Shown here in pieces: positions 43,427 through 57,764 of a DNA stretch of 64,000 nt. Both the position numbers and the translations under genes were made by a program. The notes beneath the pieces were generated by a model. That model did no database searches and was not told the origin of the DNA. It saw only the letters and a program-made list of their open reading frames with translations. The stretch's first letter is position 1. Each line of letters begins with the position of its first letter. The DNA is from Corallochytrium limacisporum Hawaii (taxonomy: Eukaryota; Protista; Pluriformea), in contig PDIP01000001.1 in assembly GCA_002811645.1 (NCBI GenBank), positions 289,403 through 353,402 of the forward strand. Direction: 5' to 3'.

Positions 43427-46345
43427 ATGCATCCGCTTAGTAGTGCAGTCAATGCCCTTGGGGGCATGGCCACGGTCGTGATGATGACGGGCCCCACAAT
43501 TGCTGCTGCTCTGGAAGGCACCGTGACCACTGTGGCCGGCCGAGTGGACGTAGCCTCCGACGGATCCCTCGACGACCCTCCCTTCGGTGCCTTGCGCCGC
43601 TGCGTCCGTGACGAGACAGCCGATGTTGACGCCAACATCTTTCTCGTAACTGACTACACAGAGAACGCCATCTGGCGGATTGATCTTGCCAGTGGAACAT
43701 GGTCAAAGATGGGCCCATTTGGAGAATTTTCTTGCTCTGGCCTTGCTTTTGTCAGTGATGAGAGCGGCAATAATGATGCAGATCTCTACTGCACTTCGAC
43801 GTTCGAGCCAGTGATCCGCGTGCTCACGCTGGATGGTGATAATCCTACCAGCGCTCCAGTGGTGGCCGGTGATCCAAACATCTTCAGTCCCGTCGATGGA
43901 CCCATCGACGACATTGCAGCGTTTTTCGATGTCCACGGCATCGCCCGCTTGGGTAGCCCGGACTCGTCGACCTTGCTCGTCGTTGACAAGGGTGTGCACG
44001 CCCTGCGCGTGCTCGATATTGCTTCCGGCCTGCTCACCACAGTGGCCAATACGGGCTATGCCGCTGGCTATGCGGATGGTCCTGGCGTCCTGGCGAGGTT
44101 CAATGCGCCCACAGACCTAGCCTGTACCAGCACGGCACCATCGGATCCAACCGACGCGGAAGACGATTCCACGACACTGGCCACCTGCTATGTTGCCGAT
44201 GAACAGAACCACGCCATCCGCCGCGTGACTTTCAGGGGTCAGACCCTCAAGGACGCAGAGATCACCGTCGATACGGTGGCCGGCAATCCGGATCGCAGCG
44301 GTTTTCTCCTGGATGGTCCTGGTCTGACCACTGCCTTCTTTTTCAATCCACGCGGGGTTTTCCTGGATGAAAGCGCGGAGGTACTCTACGTCGCCGACAG
44401 TTTAAATAATGCCATTCGCGCCGTCGATATCAGCGCAGACGGTGACTTTATGGTTCGCACCGTGGCAGCGGCTGCTCTGGGCGAGCGTCTTGAGGACTCC
44501 GGATCGACCGCTGTCGTCGTGGAAGGCATGACCGAACCTTCGGATTGCGAGCTGCTCCCAGATGGTCGTCTGTTAGTGGTAGATCGGCGCCGCTTGCTAG
44601 CCGTGACGCTTGGCGCGGCGGAAGGCGTGAACGAAGACAGCGAAGGCTTCGAGATACTCAGCACTCCCTTGGTGGGCACAGAAACCGACGGTCCTGCTGA
44701 CGAGGCCAGATTTTCCCTTCCCTGGGGCGTAGAGGTCGATGCCAACGACAACATCGTCGTTGCGGACACGTTGCACGGCCTCATTCGTGGACTGGACCTG
44801 TCCAACCCGGACACAACCACCCGCACTGTGCAGACTCTTCTCGAGGATTTGGTGGAGCCGAGTGTGACATGGTTCGACCGCACGAGCGACAAGATCTACA
44901 TCACTGACTCTGTGAACCATCGCATTTTGTCCGCGACCTACACGCCACGTGATCAGAGCACTGACACTTCAACGGACGAGTTTGATGAAATCGCTACCAT
45001 CACCGACGTCCGCGTCCTGGTCGGCCCTGAGGATACGAGTGCTGATATCCTCTACGGCTACGAAGAGGCCGAGGCGGGGTCTGGCACGGATGCTCGCTTC
45101 TTCTGGATCACGGCGCTGGCCGGCGATAGTAAGCGCCAGTTGCTGTACGCAGCGGATACCGTGAATGACCGTGTGCGTGCCATTGACATTGCTACCGGCC
45201 GGACCTGGACCATTGCCGGCCTCAGCGGGGCCGGAGCACCTGATGTGGAGGTAGGAGAGACCCTGCCCAAGGATGGCCAGTTCCCCATGGACAAACCCAT
45301 TGCGCTGGAGGTGAGCGCCGATGGCATGGTCTTTTGGGCGGACAAATGGAACCGTAGAGTATACCGTTACGACCCGACCACAACAGAGATCACGTACCTT
45401 GTCGGTGGCGATGACATTGGCTTTGTGGCAGATCTGCATTATGATGCCCAGCGCGGCGGCCTCTGGATCACCGAAATTCAGTGGTCAACGGTGCGGTTCC
45501 TCTCACTTCACGACCTCAGCTGCACCCAGGTGGCTGGAGGTCTCCCAACCGACAACGATGGCGCTGGAGTTCAGGGCAACAAGGATGGCACCGGGGCTGA
45601 AGCCTTGCTCAACGGCCCTCACGGCGTGGCCCTTACCAAAGAGGGAAGCTTGGTCATTGCTGACCAGGGCAATGCCCTGATCAAGACCATAAGCCTCAGC
45701 GACGGTGGCTTCGCAACAGCCTGTACCACGGACGCTGACTGTACTGAATCGCAGTCTGCGGATAGCGTGAGTGCCATGACTTGCGTGCAGCGGCCCGTCT
45801 ATCCCGGCCACGCCAGTACCGACGCTGAGGCGACGGCCAACGGTGTAATCACCCGGCCGCGATTCTGTGCTCCGGCTCTACTGGCGGGGCAGGCCGGCTG
45901 TGGAGAGACCTGGGCCTGTGAATCCGGGCTCGATTGCAGCGATCAGGTCTGCGTGGATCCTGCTACCGTCAGCGGTAGCTCTGACAGCGATTCCGACACG
46001 GGCCTTATTGTTGGTGTCACAGTCGGCGTGGTCGCGACTGTTGCTCTTGTGGTTGGCGCCATCATCTATGGACGCCACCGCAGACATCACAGGGCTACGA
46101 GATCCCGTCCTGCAGGTTCGGGAACTGGTCTCATTCCCTCTGGTGAACCTTCCGCAACAGCCACCGAAGAAGGCGGTGACACTGACAGTCAGCCCGACAG
46201 CAGCAACGATGATGACATGACCAGCCCTCGGGTCACAATAATTGGAGACGATGGACTGGACCACGAAAGTAGCAAGAAGGATGGAGATGATGTCGGTGGC
46301 CTATACACACATCCTAGGTATCCTCTTCCTGGTCCCGGAACGTAA
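43427..46345 (+). CDS. Single-pass membrane protein with NHL-repeat beta-propellers, a Cys-rich stalk and a cytoplasmic tail
   Basis: Repeated VAG...DG....ARF..P.D/G..  and YVAD..N.AIR motifs (NHLRC2/teneurin-like NHL repeats); Cys-rich CTTDADC...; TM LIVGVTVGVVATVALVVGAIIY followed by RHRRHHR. Confidence 0.85.
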   Translation: MHPLSSAVNALGGMATVVMMTGPTIAAALEGTVTTVAGRVDVASDGSLDDPPFGALRRCVRDETADVDANIFLVTDYTENAIWRIDLASGTWSKMGPFGEFSCSGLAFVSDESGNNDADLYCTSTFEPVIRVLTLDGDNPTSAPVVAGDPNIFSPVDGPIDDIAAFFDVHGIARLGSPDSSTLLVVDKGVHALRVLDIASGLLTTVANTGYAAGYADGPGVLARFNAPTDLACTSTAPSDPTDAEDDSTTLATCYVADEQNHAIRRVTFRGQTLKDAEITVDTVAGNPDRSGFLLDGPGLTTAFFFNPRGVFLDESAEVLYVADSLNNAIRAVDISADGDFMVRTVAAAALGERLEDSGSTAVVVEGMTEPSDCELLPDGRLLVVDRRRLLAVTLGAAEGVNEDSEGFEILSTPLVGTETDGPADEARFSLPWGVEVDANDNIVVADTLHGLIRGLDLSNPDTTTRTVQTLLEDLVEPSVTWFDRTSDKIYITDSVNHRILSATYTPRDQSTDTSTDEFDEIATITDVRVLVGPEDTSADILYGYEEAEAGSGTDARFFWITALAGDSKRQLLYAADTVNDRVRAIDIATGRTWTIAGLSGAGAPDVEVGETLPKDGQFPMDKPIALEVSADGMVFWADKWNRRVYRYDPTTTEITYLVGGDDIGFVADLHYDAQRGGLWITEIQWSTVRFLSLHDLSCTQVAGGLPTDNDGAGVQGNKDGTGAEALLNGPHGVALTKEGSLVIADQGNALIKTISLSDGGFATACTTDADCTESQSADSVSAMTCVQRPVYPGHASTDAEATANGVITRPRFCAPALLAGQAGCGETWACESGLDCSDQVCVDPATVSGSSDSDSDTGLIVGVTVGVVATVALVVGAIIYGRHRRHHRATRSRPAGSGTGLIPSGEPSATATEEGGDTDSQPDSSNDDDMTSPRVTIIGDDGLDHESSKKDGDDVGGLYTHPRYPLPGPGT

Positions 46346-48752
46346 CTACGCCAGTTTTACATCTTGCTACGAAGCGCTCAGTTGGCCTTGTGTTTCTACC
46401 CATTTTTCATTTCGTGACGCATCATCATTCATTCATGTCATTGTATCAGTTCACCGAAACCAAAGCAGACATCATGCTCTCCATAGTAGACATAGGAATA
46501 TAGTAACATAGTTTATCATCATTAGAACCGTAGTGTGGGCTTTACAAAGTCATTCATCGTGATGAGGTCTCCGTGAAAGAACAGAATTCCGTGGACAAGG
46601 AGATGCAGAAACACGAAGACGTTGGCCACTGACCATTTATCTCTCGCATCCGAGGCGATCTTCGGCTTGTCAATACCCGATAATCTCAGCCAGTTGACGT
46701 CTTGAATTCAAGAGAGCAAACATCATATGACCTGGTACTTCTTGCTCTGCTTTTGGATTGGTCGGGTAATACAGTTCGGTAGTTTTATCCTTCACGTGAC
46801 AGTGCCAACCAATTGCAACGGATAGATACATCCTCAACCCAAGCATCAGCAGTTCTCCATACAACTCAAGGCGCAAGGGCATTCCGCATGGTTGGCACAT
46901 GAAAAAGCGTTCGGCAAGTCTTTCCGGGCAAAAACCGTGTCATGCTTGCTTCTCTTGCTTGCTTTGTTGTACTTTCTTCACCGTTTCTGCCGAACCGCAC
47001 TGACGTTTTCGGTAATCAGCCAGTACCCTGGTACCTTGTTTTGTCCTAGGGCTTGGCGTGCATGGCAGCGGGTGGACGGTTCAGCTGCCCAGCCGGCTAC
47101 TGCGAGCAAGACGGTTTGCATTTGTTTCAGTGCGGGGGTGGTATTTTGCTCTTCAAAATTCCTCATTCCGGGCCAACAAGGTAAGCTTTCCGGATGACTA
47201 CCAACGCTTGCATCACACTTCAACAAGAACCCCCGGGATACGCGTAACGTTCGCTGCTGACATACCGAAGAACCAAGGTCCTACCCACACCAACTCTCCG
47301 GCCAAGGGGGGCAAAGGTTGGTTGGTGATGGAGGTTGAAGAAGAGGGGGTTGGGGGAAGAAGGGACCGACCACCCTCAGGAGACCCAGCCCCCGGGGGGG
47401 GGGGATCCATGAAAACTTGGGAATAGAAAAAGGAGAAATGGCGCTCTCAAATGAAGCAGCAGGAGGAAAGGGTGGGGGAGGGGAGGGGACGAAGGACTTG
47501 AAGAACGTGAGGGCTGGCACCCCCCCCCCTCGTCTTCCCGCGGGGCCCCGTTTCATTGAAGTACGAACGCAGACCTGTTGTACTACTAAAAGATAAGCGA
47601 GATTTCGGGACCAAATCCCTCAAGGTCCTCCCCCCCCCTCTCTTTTTTCTTCTTCTTCTTCGCCCACCCCCCCCCCGCCGGCGACAGTTTCTCTCCCCTT
47701 GTCCTTTTTTCCCCTTACCGGCGCGAGTTCCTTGTCCATACACCAACAAAATGGCGATAAAAGTAAAAGGGAAAACAATACCTTACCAGATGGTAGTCAG
47801 CAATAAAGCTGATTCTTCCATCTTCATTGCTTCTGTTCCCCGTGTGATGATGATGGCTTGCTTGGCTCTTTGCTCACTTTGGCCCAAAATGAGCGACAGA
47901 GCGTGTGTGTGAGAAGTGTGTGCGTGCGTGTGGTGTCTAATCGAAGTTCTTCCTCGTCACCTGTCTTCTTGTTGTTGATGGGCGTCGTAGATATACTATT
48001 AATAGACCCAACTGCCACCGAAAAGGTCTGAGAAATGTACCACCACCACCACTTCACTTCACCGTAGGCTCTCCTTCCTCACTCGTGTCTTGGTATTGAG
48101 CAATGTGCGCGAGAATGCGAGCAACACATCGTCAGGAACCATTAAGGGCTCGATAGGTGATGCCCAGCAAACAACGCACTCATTCATTCATGCGTGCGCG
48201 TGTAGCATGGTATAAGTATGGGTCCCTAACGCAAACTCACATTTATGAACACCAATGTCTGGGCCCAGCAGCAAAGGGTAAGAACCGGTACGAAAGATGG
48301 GGGGTAACATGCCATACCATGCATTCTACTCAAGACCTTGCGTGACGAATGTTGGTGTTTTGCAACCCATAACCCGCAAGGCGCGTGTGTAATCAATTGT
48401 TACAATCGCGCGCCATCGGCCCGCACCCAATGCAAGGATTATCATACGGAAACAATATTGGTTAGTGTGTCGAGTTCTTGGCGTACCACGTTGAACTGGG
48501 ACAAATTAGAGCAAAGGAAAAGTGTTGGTGCGAGATTTAGGTGGGGAGCGCGCTCCTTTTGGCTATAGAAGACACAAGCACATACCACCATGAAAACTCT
48601 CGGCACACGGTCGTACTTACAACGCAGGCTTTGGCCCCCGGAGGGAGGGGGGGGGTTGGTGGTGAGGAGAGAGAGAAAGTGTGTGTATTGGCGTACGAAG
48701 AAAATAGGGGGAGAGAGACCAGGCAGGAGGCAAATGGCTTTTTTTTTTTGCC

Positions 48753-48912
<160 letters not shown>

Positions 48913-49446
48913 ACAGCCTTTAGAAACAGGTCCGGCAGCCGCGTGACGGAATTTTGTGGTCCAGGAACGTCAGGGGGGGGGGGGCTGGAGAACTGGGTCA
49001 AAAACAAGGGGGAAAATAGGGGGCGATTCATTGCTAACTAATCCACTGTTTAGCAGTTTCATTGACGGGCGCCCAACTTCTCTCTCGTTTTCCCGAGGGG
49101 AAATCATCAGGTTTGGTTACCTCGGGGCCTCATCCATTTTCTTTTCTTGTGTTTTATTAAACCCTTCAGCCTACTACTACAGAGAGCAGTTCTGTAAAAG
49201 TCAATCTCTCGACATGCTCTTCAAACAAAGTGTGCGTATGTACGTCTAACGTGCTTCGTTGTGTGTGGTGGTTCTCCATTCATTGGCCTACAGTTCAAAA
49301 AGTTCCAACAAGCCTGCCTCCTTCCTTCCCTCCTTCCAAAAGTCGCGAGTTTCTCTTCCCTCCTCGGCCTATTAACATCCCCCCCCCCCTTCCCCGGGGG
49401 CCTTGCTTCCCACTTCTCCTTTTATGGGCAGTGTTAGGGAGCGACG

Positions 49447-49495
49447 CGAGAAAGAGAGAGCGAGAGAGCGAGAAAGAGAGAGAGAGAGAGAGAGG

Positions 49496-49563
<68 letters not shown>
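49447..49563. repeat. (GA)n microsatellite
   Basis: Directly visible. Confidence 0.95.
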
Positions 49564-49567
<4 letters not shown>

Positions 49568-49841
49568 CTCTTCCGGGTGTGGCAGCCATGATTCGCCCAA
49601 GGAGCACACAAATGCCCCTGAGGGTGCCTGCCCGTTGGTCAGCGGTCATACTCAATGTAGGTGTCTTGATGGTACGAACAGGCCGGTCGCACACAAGAAA
49701 CCAAAGATGCGAACCACCCAAACTAAACACACTTGGGAAGAGGTCTCAAGAAAAACGGGGAGGAGGAGGTGGAGGAAATGGAATGAGAAAGAAGAACAAA
49801 AAAGCTAATGATACACAAGGCTTGTAAGGTGGGTGAAGCAA

Positions 49842-50408
49842 GAGTTAGAGTTGGGGGCGGAGAGGGGAGAGAGAGAGATAGGAGAGAGGGGGAGAGAGAG
49901 AGATAGGAGAGAGGGGGAGAGAGAGAGAAGGGAGAGAGGGGGAGAGAGAGACAGAAGCCCAACTTCTCTCTCGTCCCCCGAGGGGGATCACTTGGAAGTG
50001 TATGCNNNNNNNNNNNNNNNNNNNNNNNNNNNNNNNNNNNNNNNNNNNNNNNNNNNNNNNNNNNNNNNNNNNNNNNNNNNNNNNNNNNNNNNNNNNNNNN
50101 NNNNNNNNNNNNNNNNNNNNNNNNNNNNNNNNNNNNNNNNNNNNNNNNNNNNNNNNNNNNNNNNNNNNNNNNNNNNNNNNNNNNNNNNNNNNNNNNNNNN
50201 NNNNNNNNNNNNNNNNNNNNAGTTAGAGTTGGGGGCGGAGAGGGGAGAGAGAGAGATAGGAGAGAGGGGGAGAGAGAGAGATAGGAGAGAGGGGGAGAGA
50301 GAGAGATAGGAGAGAGGGGGAGAGAGAGAGATAGGAGAGAGGGGGAGAGAGAGACAGAAGCCCAACTTCTCTCTCGTCCCCCGAGGGGGATCACTTGGAA
50401 GTGTATGC
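49842..50408. repeat. GA-rich minisatellite duplicated across an assembly gap (N 50006-50220)
   Basis: agttagagttggggg...cttggaagtgtatgc occurs on both sides of the gap, with a different number of gagagagataggagagagggg-like units. Confidence 0.85.
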
Positions 50409-50839
50409 ACGACCGAGGTGCAACCGCTCCCGGGGCGGCGCTGCCATGCACCGAAACTCCACAAGTAAATGTTTCGTGTTTAACTTTTGCACAGAGGCGG
50501 TACGTTGATGTCTCGTTGCTGACAAAGATGATGAGTTTACGGTGTGGTCATTCTCTTATCGGTCGAATCAAGTTTGGCTACGAGAGGGCAGGTATTTCCA
50601 ATTTTGGGGAGAAACGATGAAAAGTAGCCAGAATTGTAGGCATGTACATTGTGCGTGACCGACACTTATGTTGGGATCATTCGGTTAAAAGAAAAGTAGC
50701 AGAAAGGACCTAAGGTTACTACTTAAAAGCGGGCCGAGAACAATGTTTCTTGGTGGATAGAGTTAAGAAAAGGGAGCTTTTAGGAAGAAAAGAACTGCTG
50801 AAATAATTTTGGAGATCAATTGAAGCCTCTTCAGTTACC

Positions 50840-52606
<1,767 letters not shown>

Positions 52607-52997
52607 ATGGTTTGATAAAGCAGAATTAAAAAGACACACATGTGTGGGGTTGTAAGTGGACCGCCCTTCAATGAATCTGTTCATATAAGCTAGATATGGT
52701 TAGGTTAGCGATGGCTTTGGGGACGGCCAGCGTCCAGACGAGGACCTCGCTCTCCGGTTTCCCTCCCGCCGGGGTTTTGCTTGGCCCCCTACCAAACCCT
52801 GGGGCCCTAAACAGGTCGAGAAGAAACAACAGCAGACCTCTGCAACGACTGCTTTGATATTTTGGAACTTTTAAGGAAAGAAAGCTCGCGAATGCTACAA
52901 GAGGATGACCCCAATATCGCTTCCTTGGCAACTAAAATGATCGAACACTAAAATTACTGGAAATTAGGATGCAGTTGCGTTGATCCGTTTGAGGGGA

Positions 52998-54440
52998 ATG
53001 TTGACGAGGGCACTGAGGCACACAACTAGGCAGATGACCAGCGGATTCAGATCATACCGGACTCTAACCGATCGCCCAATTGCCGGGTACGGCGGTTTGC
53101 GCTACAATGATAACAATAATGACCGAGAACCGGTGCGAAAAGTGACGGTACACTTCGATTCGAAGGACATTGACGACCTCGGCGAACGAATCGCACGTAC
53201 CCGCCTGCCCAAGGATGAGCTTCAAAACGGTGATCACGGTCGTCCGTCATGGGAAATGGGAACTAATATGGATTGCCTTCGGTCACTTCTGCAACGCTGG
53301 CAGTCTGGCTTTGACTGGCGTGAGTGGGAAGAGAAGCTAAATTCAATGGGTGAACATATTCTCTGGTGCACAGACCCGGGTCGTAATGACTTCCAGGAGG
53401 TCGGATTGGCAGGCATTGATATCCACGCCATCCACCGCCGCAGCAGTCGCGGCGACGCGATTCCTCTGCTTCTCACACACGGCTGGCCTGGGAGTGTGTT
53501 GGAGTTCTGGACGGTGATCGACCTTCTTGCGGAACCCAAGGATCCGTCCGTTCCCGCTTTCCACGTTGTCTGCCCATCACTGCCCGGTTATGGTTTTAGT
53601 GGCTCGCCGACCGGTCGCGGCTGTGATATAGATGCGATAGGTCTGGTCTTTGGCGAGCTCATGACAGGTGTCCTGGGCTACAAGCGTTTTGTGGCCCAGG
53701 GCGGGGACTGGGGTTCCATGGTTTCGCGTTCTGTCGCAAGGCAGTACCCAAAGCACTGCTGCGGACTACACCAGAACATGGCCATTGCTGTGCCCCCTCC
53801 CAAGGATGCTGCTTCTACCACAACACCCGATCCCAGGAAGTTACAGGCTGCACTCGAGGAAAGCAAGCACTTTAACCGAAACGAAGTCGCTTACCAAAAG
53901 ATTCAGCAGACCAAGCCGCAGACTTTGGGTGTCGGCCTCAGCGACAGTCCTGCTGGGCTGTTATCTTGGATCGTCGAGAAATTCCATGGCTGGGGGGACA
54001 CGGGCTTCAACACGCCCAGCAAAAGCGACGATGGCAGAATATGTGGGCTTCAGGGACTACGTAGAGCCTTTGGAGGAGCGCAACGCCGCAGCGCTGGGCC
54101 GGAAGCGGACCTGGATATCATCTTGGCCAATGTCACTCTTTACTGGCTCACCAATACAATCACCAGCAGCTGCCGATTGTACTACGAGAGCCTGGGTCCG
54201 TTTAGGCATGGGAATATGGCCCACAATAAGCATGTTCAGACGCCAACGGCGGCACTAATTGCCCCGGCAGAGATGTCGAAGCCGATCCGTGAATGGCTTG
54301 CGTACGCCAATAATCTAAAATCATGGACTGAACTGAAAGACGGGGGGCACTTTCTAGCACTGGAGGAACCGGAAGCACTAGTCAAAGATTTACAGGTGTT
54401 TGTTCGTGAACACGTTACCAGCTCTACCCCAAATCTGTGA
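52998..54440 (+). CDS. Microsomal-type epoxide hydrolase (EPHX1/EHN family) with a mitochondrial-like presequence
   Basis: EHN domain (IDDLGERIARTRLP, FDWREWEEKLN), HGWPGS oxyanion motif, nucleophile GGDWG, DSPAGLLSWIVEKF, catalytic GGHF. First ATG at 52998. Confidence 0.92.
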   Translation: MLTRALRHTTRQMTSGFRSYRTLTDRPIAGYGGLRYNDNNNDREPVRKVTVHFDSKDIDDLGERIARTRLPKDELQNGDHGRPSWEMGTNMDCLRSLLQRWQSGFDWREWEEKLNSMGEHILWCTDPGRNDFQEVGLAGIDIHAIHRRSSRGDAIPLLLTHGWPGSVLEFWTVIDLLAEPKDPSVPAFHVVCPSLPGYGFSGSPTGRGCDIDAIGLVFGELMTGVLGYKRFVAQGGDWGSMVSRSVARQYPKHCCGLHQNMAIAVPPPKDAASTTTPDPRKLQAALEESKHFNRNEVAYQKIQQTKPQTLGVGLSDSPAGLLSWIVEKFHGWGDTGFNTPSKSDDGRICGLQGLRRAFGGAQRRSAGPEADLDIILANVTLYWLTNTITSSCRLYYESLGPFRHGNMAHNKHVQTPTAALIAPAEMSKPIREWLAYANNLKSWTELKDGGHFLALEEPEALVKDLQVFVREHVTSSTPNL

Positions 54441-57016
54441 AGCTTACACCACCATATCTGTAAAACTCATGCGTGACCTACGCAATTTACTTGTAGGCTC
54501 CATCGATGACGGATCCCCGCCCTCCAAACTTGAAAAAAGTCGGCCCCGTCGTAAATCAATATGAGACACACCCTTCCAAATTTTGAGCGGCCAATTTTGA
54601 GCGGGGCCACGAAGAGTCCCCGTTCTCGTCAAGTGGCTCAGTGATAAGCGATGCGTTGGTCGCGCCATTGCTTTGCCTTGGAGCGGTTAATGTTGAGGGA
54701 CACGTTTCTCAGAGTAATGGAGCATGGCCAGTACAACTGAAGTTCGACAACTATGCATCGAAATGTTACTAAACTGCATTTGCGAATACTGTGCGATGAT
54801 CTCATTGGTCCTTATTGCGACGTATGTATGACCTAATCCACCGGTGAGGATGCGCGGTCCCTAGGAAACTTGCCATTGATTCAGAACCCGGCTCATCAGA
54901 GTTTTCTGATCATGATCCTCATCCGCTACCGCAACAATAATAGTGCTCAAAAACACCTAATAGTATCGCTTCGTGAACGGCTATATTGAATCATCGGCGA
55001 GGGACAAAGTCACGGGTGATGCCTTTATCAGTTGCAGGCTGGTTGACTTTCGACTGTTCGCCCCTTGCATCGCAAGTCCTGATAGTTTGGACTGCCGTGC
55101 TCAGGCCAAATCGGGAACCATATAGAAGATTTAGAAAGGTAAACGTTATACCCATTATTGTAGGAGCGACCCAACCCAGTCTACCCTTTGGTAATATGGG
55201 CGGCACGTGAGTGCTCTTATCTACGAGGGAGCTGAAGGCCAGACGTAGCGTTGCTGTTCGCTTCGATGACTCACAAGTGTGAATATGGAGGACTATTGGC
55301 CTGTGTGCACCACCCTTCCTCCCCCCCCTTCCCGTCTCCTCTCCTCCCCCGTTTTCTCCTTTCCCCCTTCCTCCCGTTTGTTTTTCGCCTTTGTCTTGGT
55401 TGGGTCCAGGTTGTCGTCGTTCGAAAAAGCGACACGTGCAATCCGATTCTGGGTGGGGACTAGGGAGGGATTGATAACGGGTCCTTGCGCCCGGGGGGTC
55501 AAATTGAGCCTGACCCTCCCAGTGGTCTTGGCCAATTTATGGATGCGAGTCACCGCGGCCTCAGTAGTTGAGCGAGGTGTGTCTCTGTGACTGTGAACTA
55601 TGCATGTTCCCCACTTTGGACTCCTGAGATCTACCAGGTCCATATCACAGTTTGCGCATGTACAACACCATGTTCGGATTGAGCGTGCCACACATACTAC
55701 TCCTTGCGTGACGTCGGCTTCAGAACCAGAGTTTCGAAATTAGACCGACCACCATTCGCTAGTGATTCGAAAATTTCGTCCAATCTGCCTAGGATGCTCT
55801 GCTTCGGACCCAACATGGGCATTTCCAGTCCTGGCAGTTTCATAGATACCTCCAATTTCAATCATCATTGCCGCCGCCGACTTAAGCGCACCCACTTGTG
55901 CCATGGTGCTCCGCAGCCTCAAAGTGAGCGATTGCCCAGCTGAGGCTCGGCACTGTGTAAAGCTAAATTTGCCGCTAAACAAGCCTAAGATGTTTCTTGG
56001 GATCGTTTCTTCGCAGTAGGGCAAAGGCTGTTCACAGACGCAACTTCTTTTCTGAACAAGTACTAGTGATGAAGGGCACTACCTCCGTTATGTACGCGCC
56101 AGCCCAGACTTACTCTATGATAAACACAACAATCTCTTCATGAACTCCGATGTGGGCATCTGTAAATGGCCGATCTTTCGTTCCAGAAGTTCGCGAACCC
56201 GCGATACATCCCATCACCGCGGTTGCAGTTCGAACGACTGTTGTGCCCGAGAGGGGCAATTCGCACCGACGCAAAGCAACCTTCGGACGTCGAATCTCAA
56301 AGAATAAGAACCGCTTAGCTCTGTTATGAACAGCCAGTCGGTACCACCACAACCAATGTGGGTCCGCCAGTATCAAACGATTGTTTCTGCGACAGACGGG
56401 TTCGTGATTCACTGTGACGCTTGGGCCGCCGACCCAAAGAGACGGTTCAAAACAAATTCTGTGGCATATGGTGAAAACTTTGTCTTCAAGGACCCGCAGG
56501 TCTGAACATGGTTACCGGTGTATTCTATAGGAGCAGAGTAGTAGAGGAAAGTTATGGGGTGCAAGAGAGAGTGCTCGCAAACATTGGGGGCCCAGTTTAA
56601 AAGCCGCAAGGCGAGACCGTCGCCGTGTCGGGGAAAAGCAAAACGCATTTATTTCGAGGGTACTCACTTGACTCAGCACCACTGTAGCCAGCCTGAACCA
56701 ATACCTTTCATGTGGAGATGTTACCCAACGTTTGCAATACATCGTACGGAGGGTGGTGAAGTTGATCCGATGGCTTAGCTTGGGGTTGACAGGATCACCG
56801 TGCTTGTCCCTGCATCGTACTCCAGCTCTCAATGGCTGATGAGACGGCAGTCGGAGACTGGAGAGAGAGGCAGGCCTCTTGTTTCATTAAGCATATCGTT
56901 TACATGCCCAGCCAGGTATAGAAGAATTTGGACAGGGGAAACAAGCACGATGTAAACTTACATGAGACAATAAATCTGGACAATATCACTCTGTCACTAA
57001 ACCATAGAGCTCCACA

Positions 57017-57415
57017 ATGGTCCCCTTTGAACCCTTTGTCCTGTTGGGTGGCGTCATTGTAGTTGTTGGACTGAAGATCCACGAAAGCCGAAAACGACAC
57101 ATGACCCGCATCCTGAAAGAGGACACCAAAAAGCGAACCCACTGCATTGAAGTAATTGGATGGACAGAAGCAGATCTCAAGGCACTTAAGGCACTTGACG
57201 AAGACTACCGGAAGAAGCAGTGGAAGGAAAGCCGTTGTAAGGGAACTTTCATGAAGCAGGCCCTTAAGGAGGATCCGCCTTCTATTGCATTGATCTTGCA
57301 TGGCAACTCGAAGAGTCTCGTTGAGGGACCTCCTGCTTATGAATCTCTGGCTCCTGCGTACCATGAGATCATGAAGCAGGCCGGTCCTGAACACCGCATC
57401 AGAATTGTCTCGTAG
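57017..57415 (+). CDS. Hypothetical 132-aa protein with an N-terminal TM anchor and a PPAY motif
   Basis: FVLLGGVIVVVGL followed by basic residues; GPPAYESLAPAY; good acaATGg context. Confidence 0.6.
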   Translation: MVPFEPFVLLGGVIVVVGLKIHESRKRHMTRILKEDTKKRTHCIEVIGWTEADLKALKALDEDYRKKQWKESRCKGTFMKQALKEDPPSIALILHGNSKSLVEGPPAYESLAPAYHEIMKQAGPEHRIRIVS

Positions 57416-57764
57416 ACAGCGAGAGGGGAAAAGGAGACCTTTAAATTGAAAAGATCATCGTTCCAAATTTCAACTGTCTTTGCTCGTGTTCGTCCACAGC
57501 TTGAAGCATGGTTTTGTACATACAGCTATTCAACGTTTTCTTCCTTTATTGCTATTAAATCTATTTGCATTAAACCTTGTATAACCATGGGCAAGTCCAC
57601 AGCTTTTTCGTCCCGCATCTTACCGCGCAAAAATACATTCTAAACGAAAGCACCAGCTGTGAATGGTTTTGTATTCCTGCTATTTAAAAACTTCCACAAT
57701 CTCTGCAACGTGGAGAGCGCGGATCAGGGGTTACACCAAAAGTACTAGGCAATCAGCATATGCC

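Noticed and set aside
49842-50408. Apparent direct repeat (LTR-like) flanking a gap
   Set aside because: Near-identical sequence on both sides of an N run is best explained as unmerged contig overlap or allelic minisatellite length.
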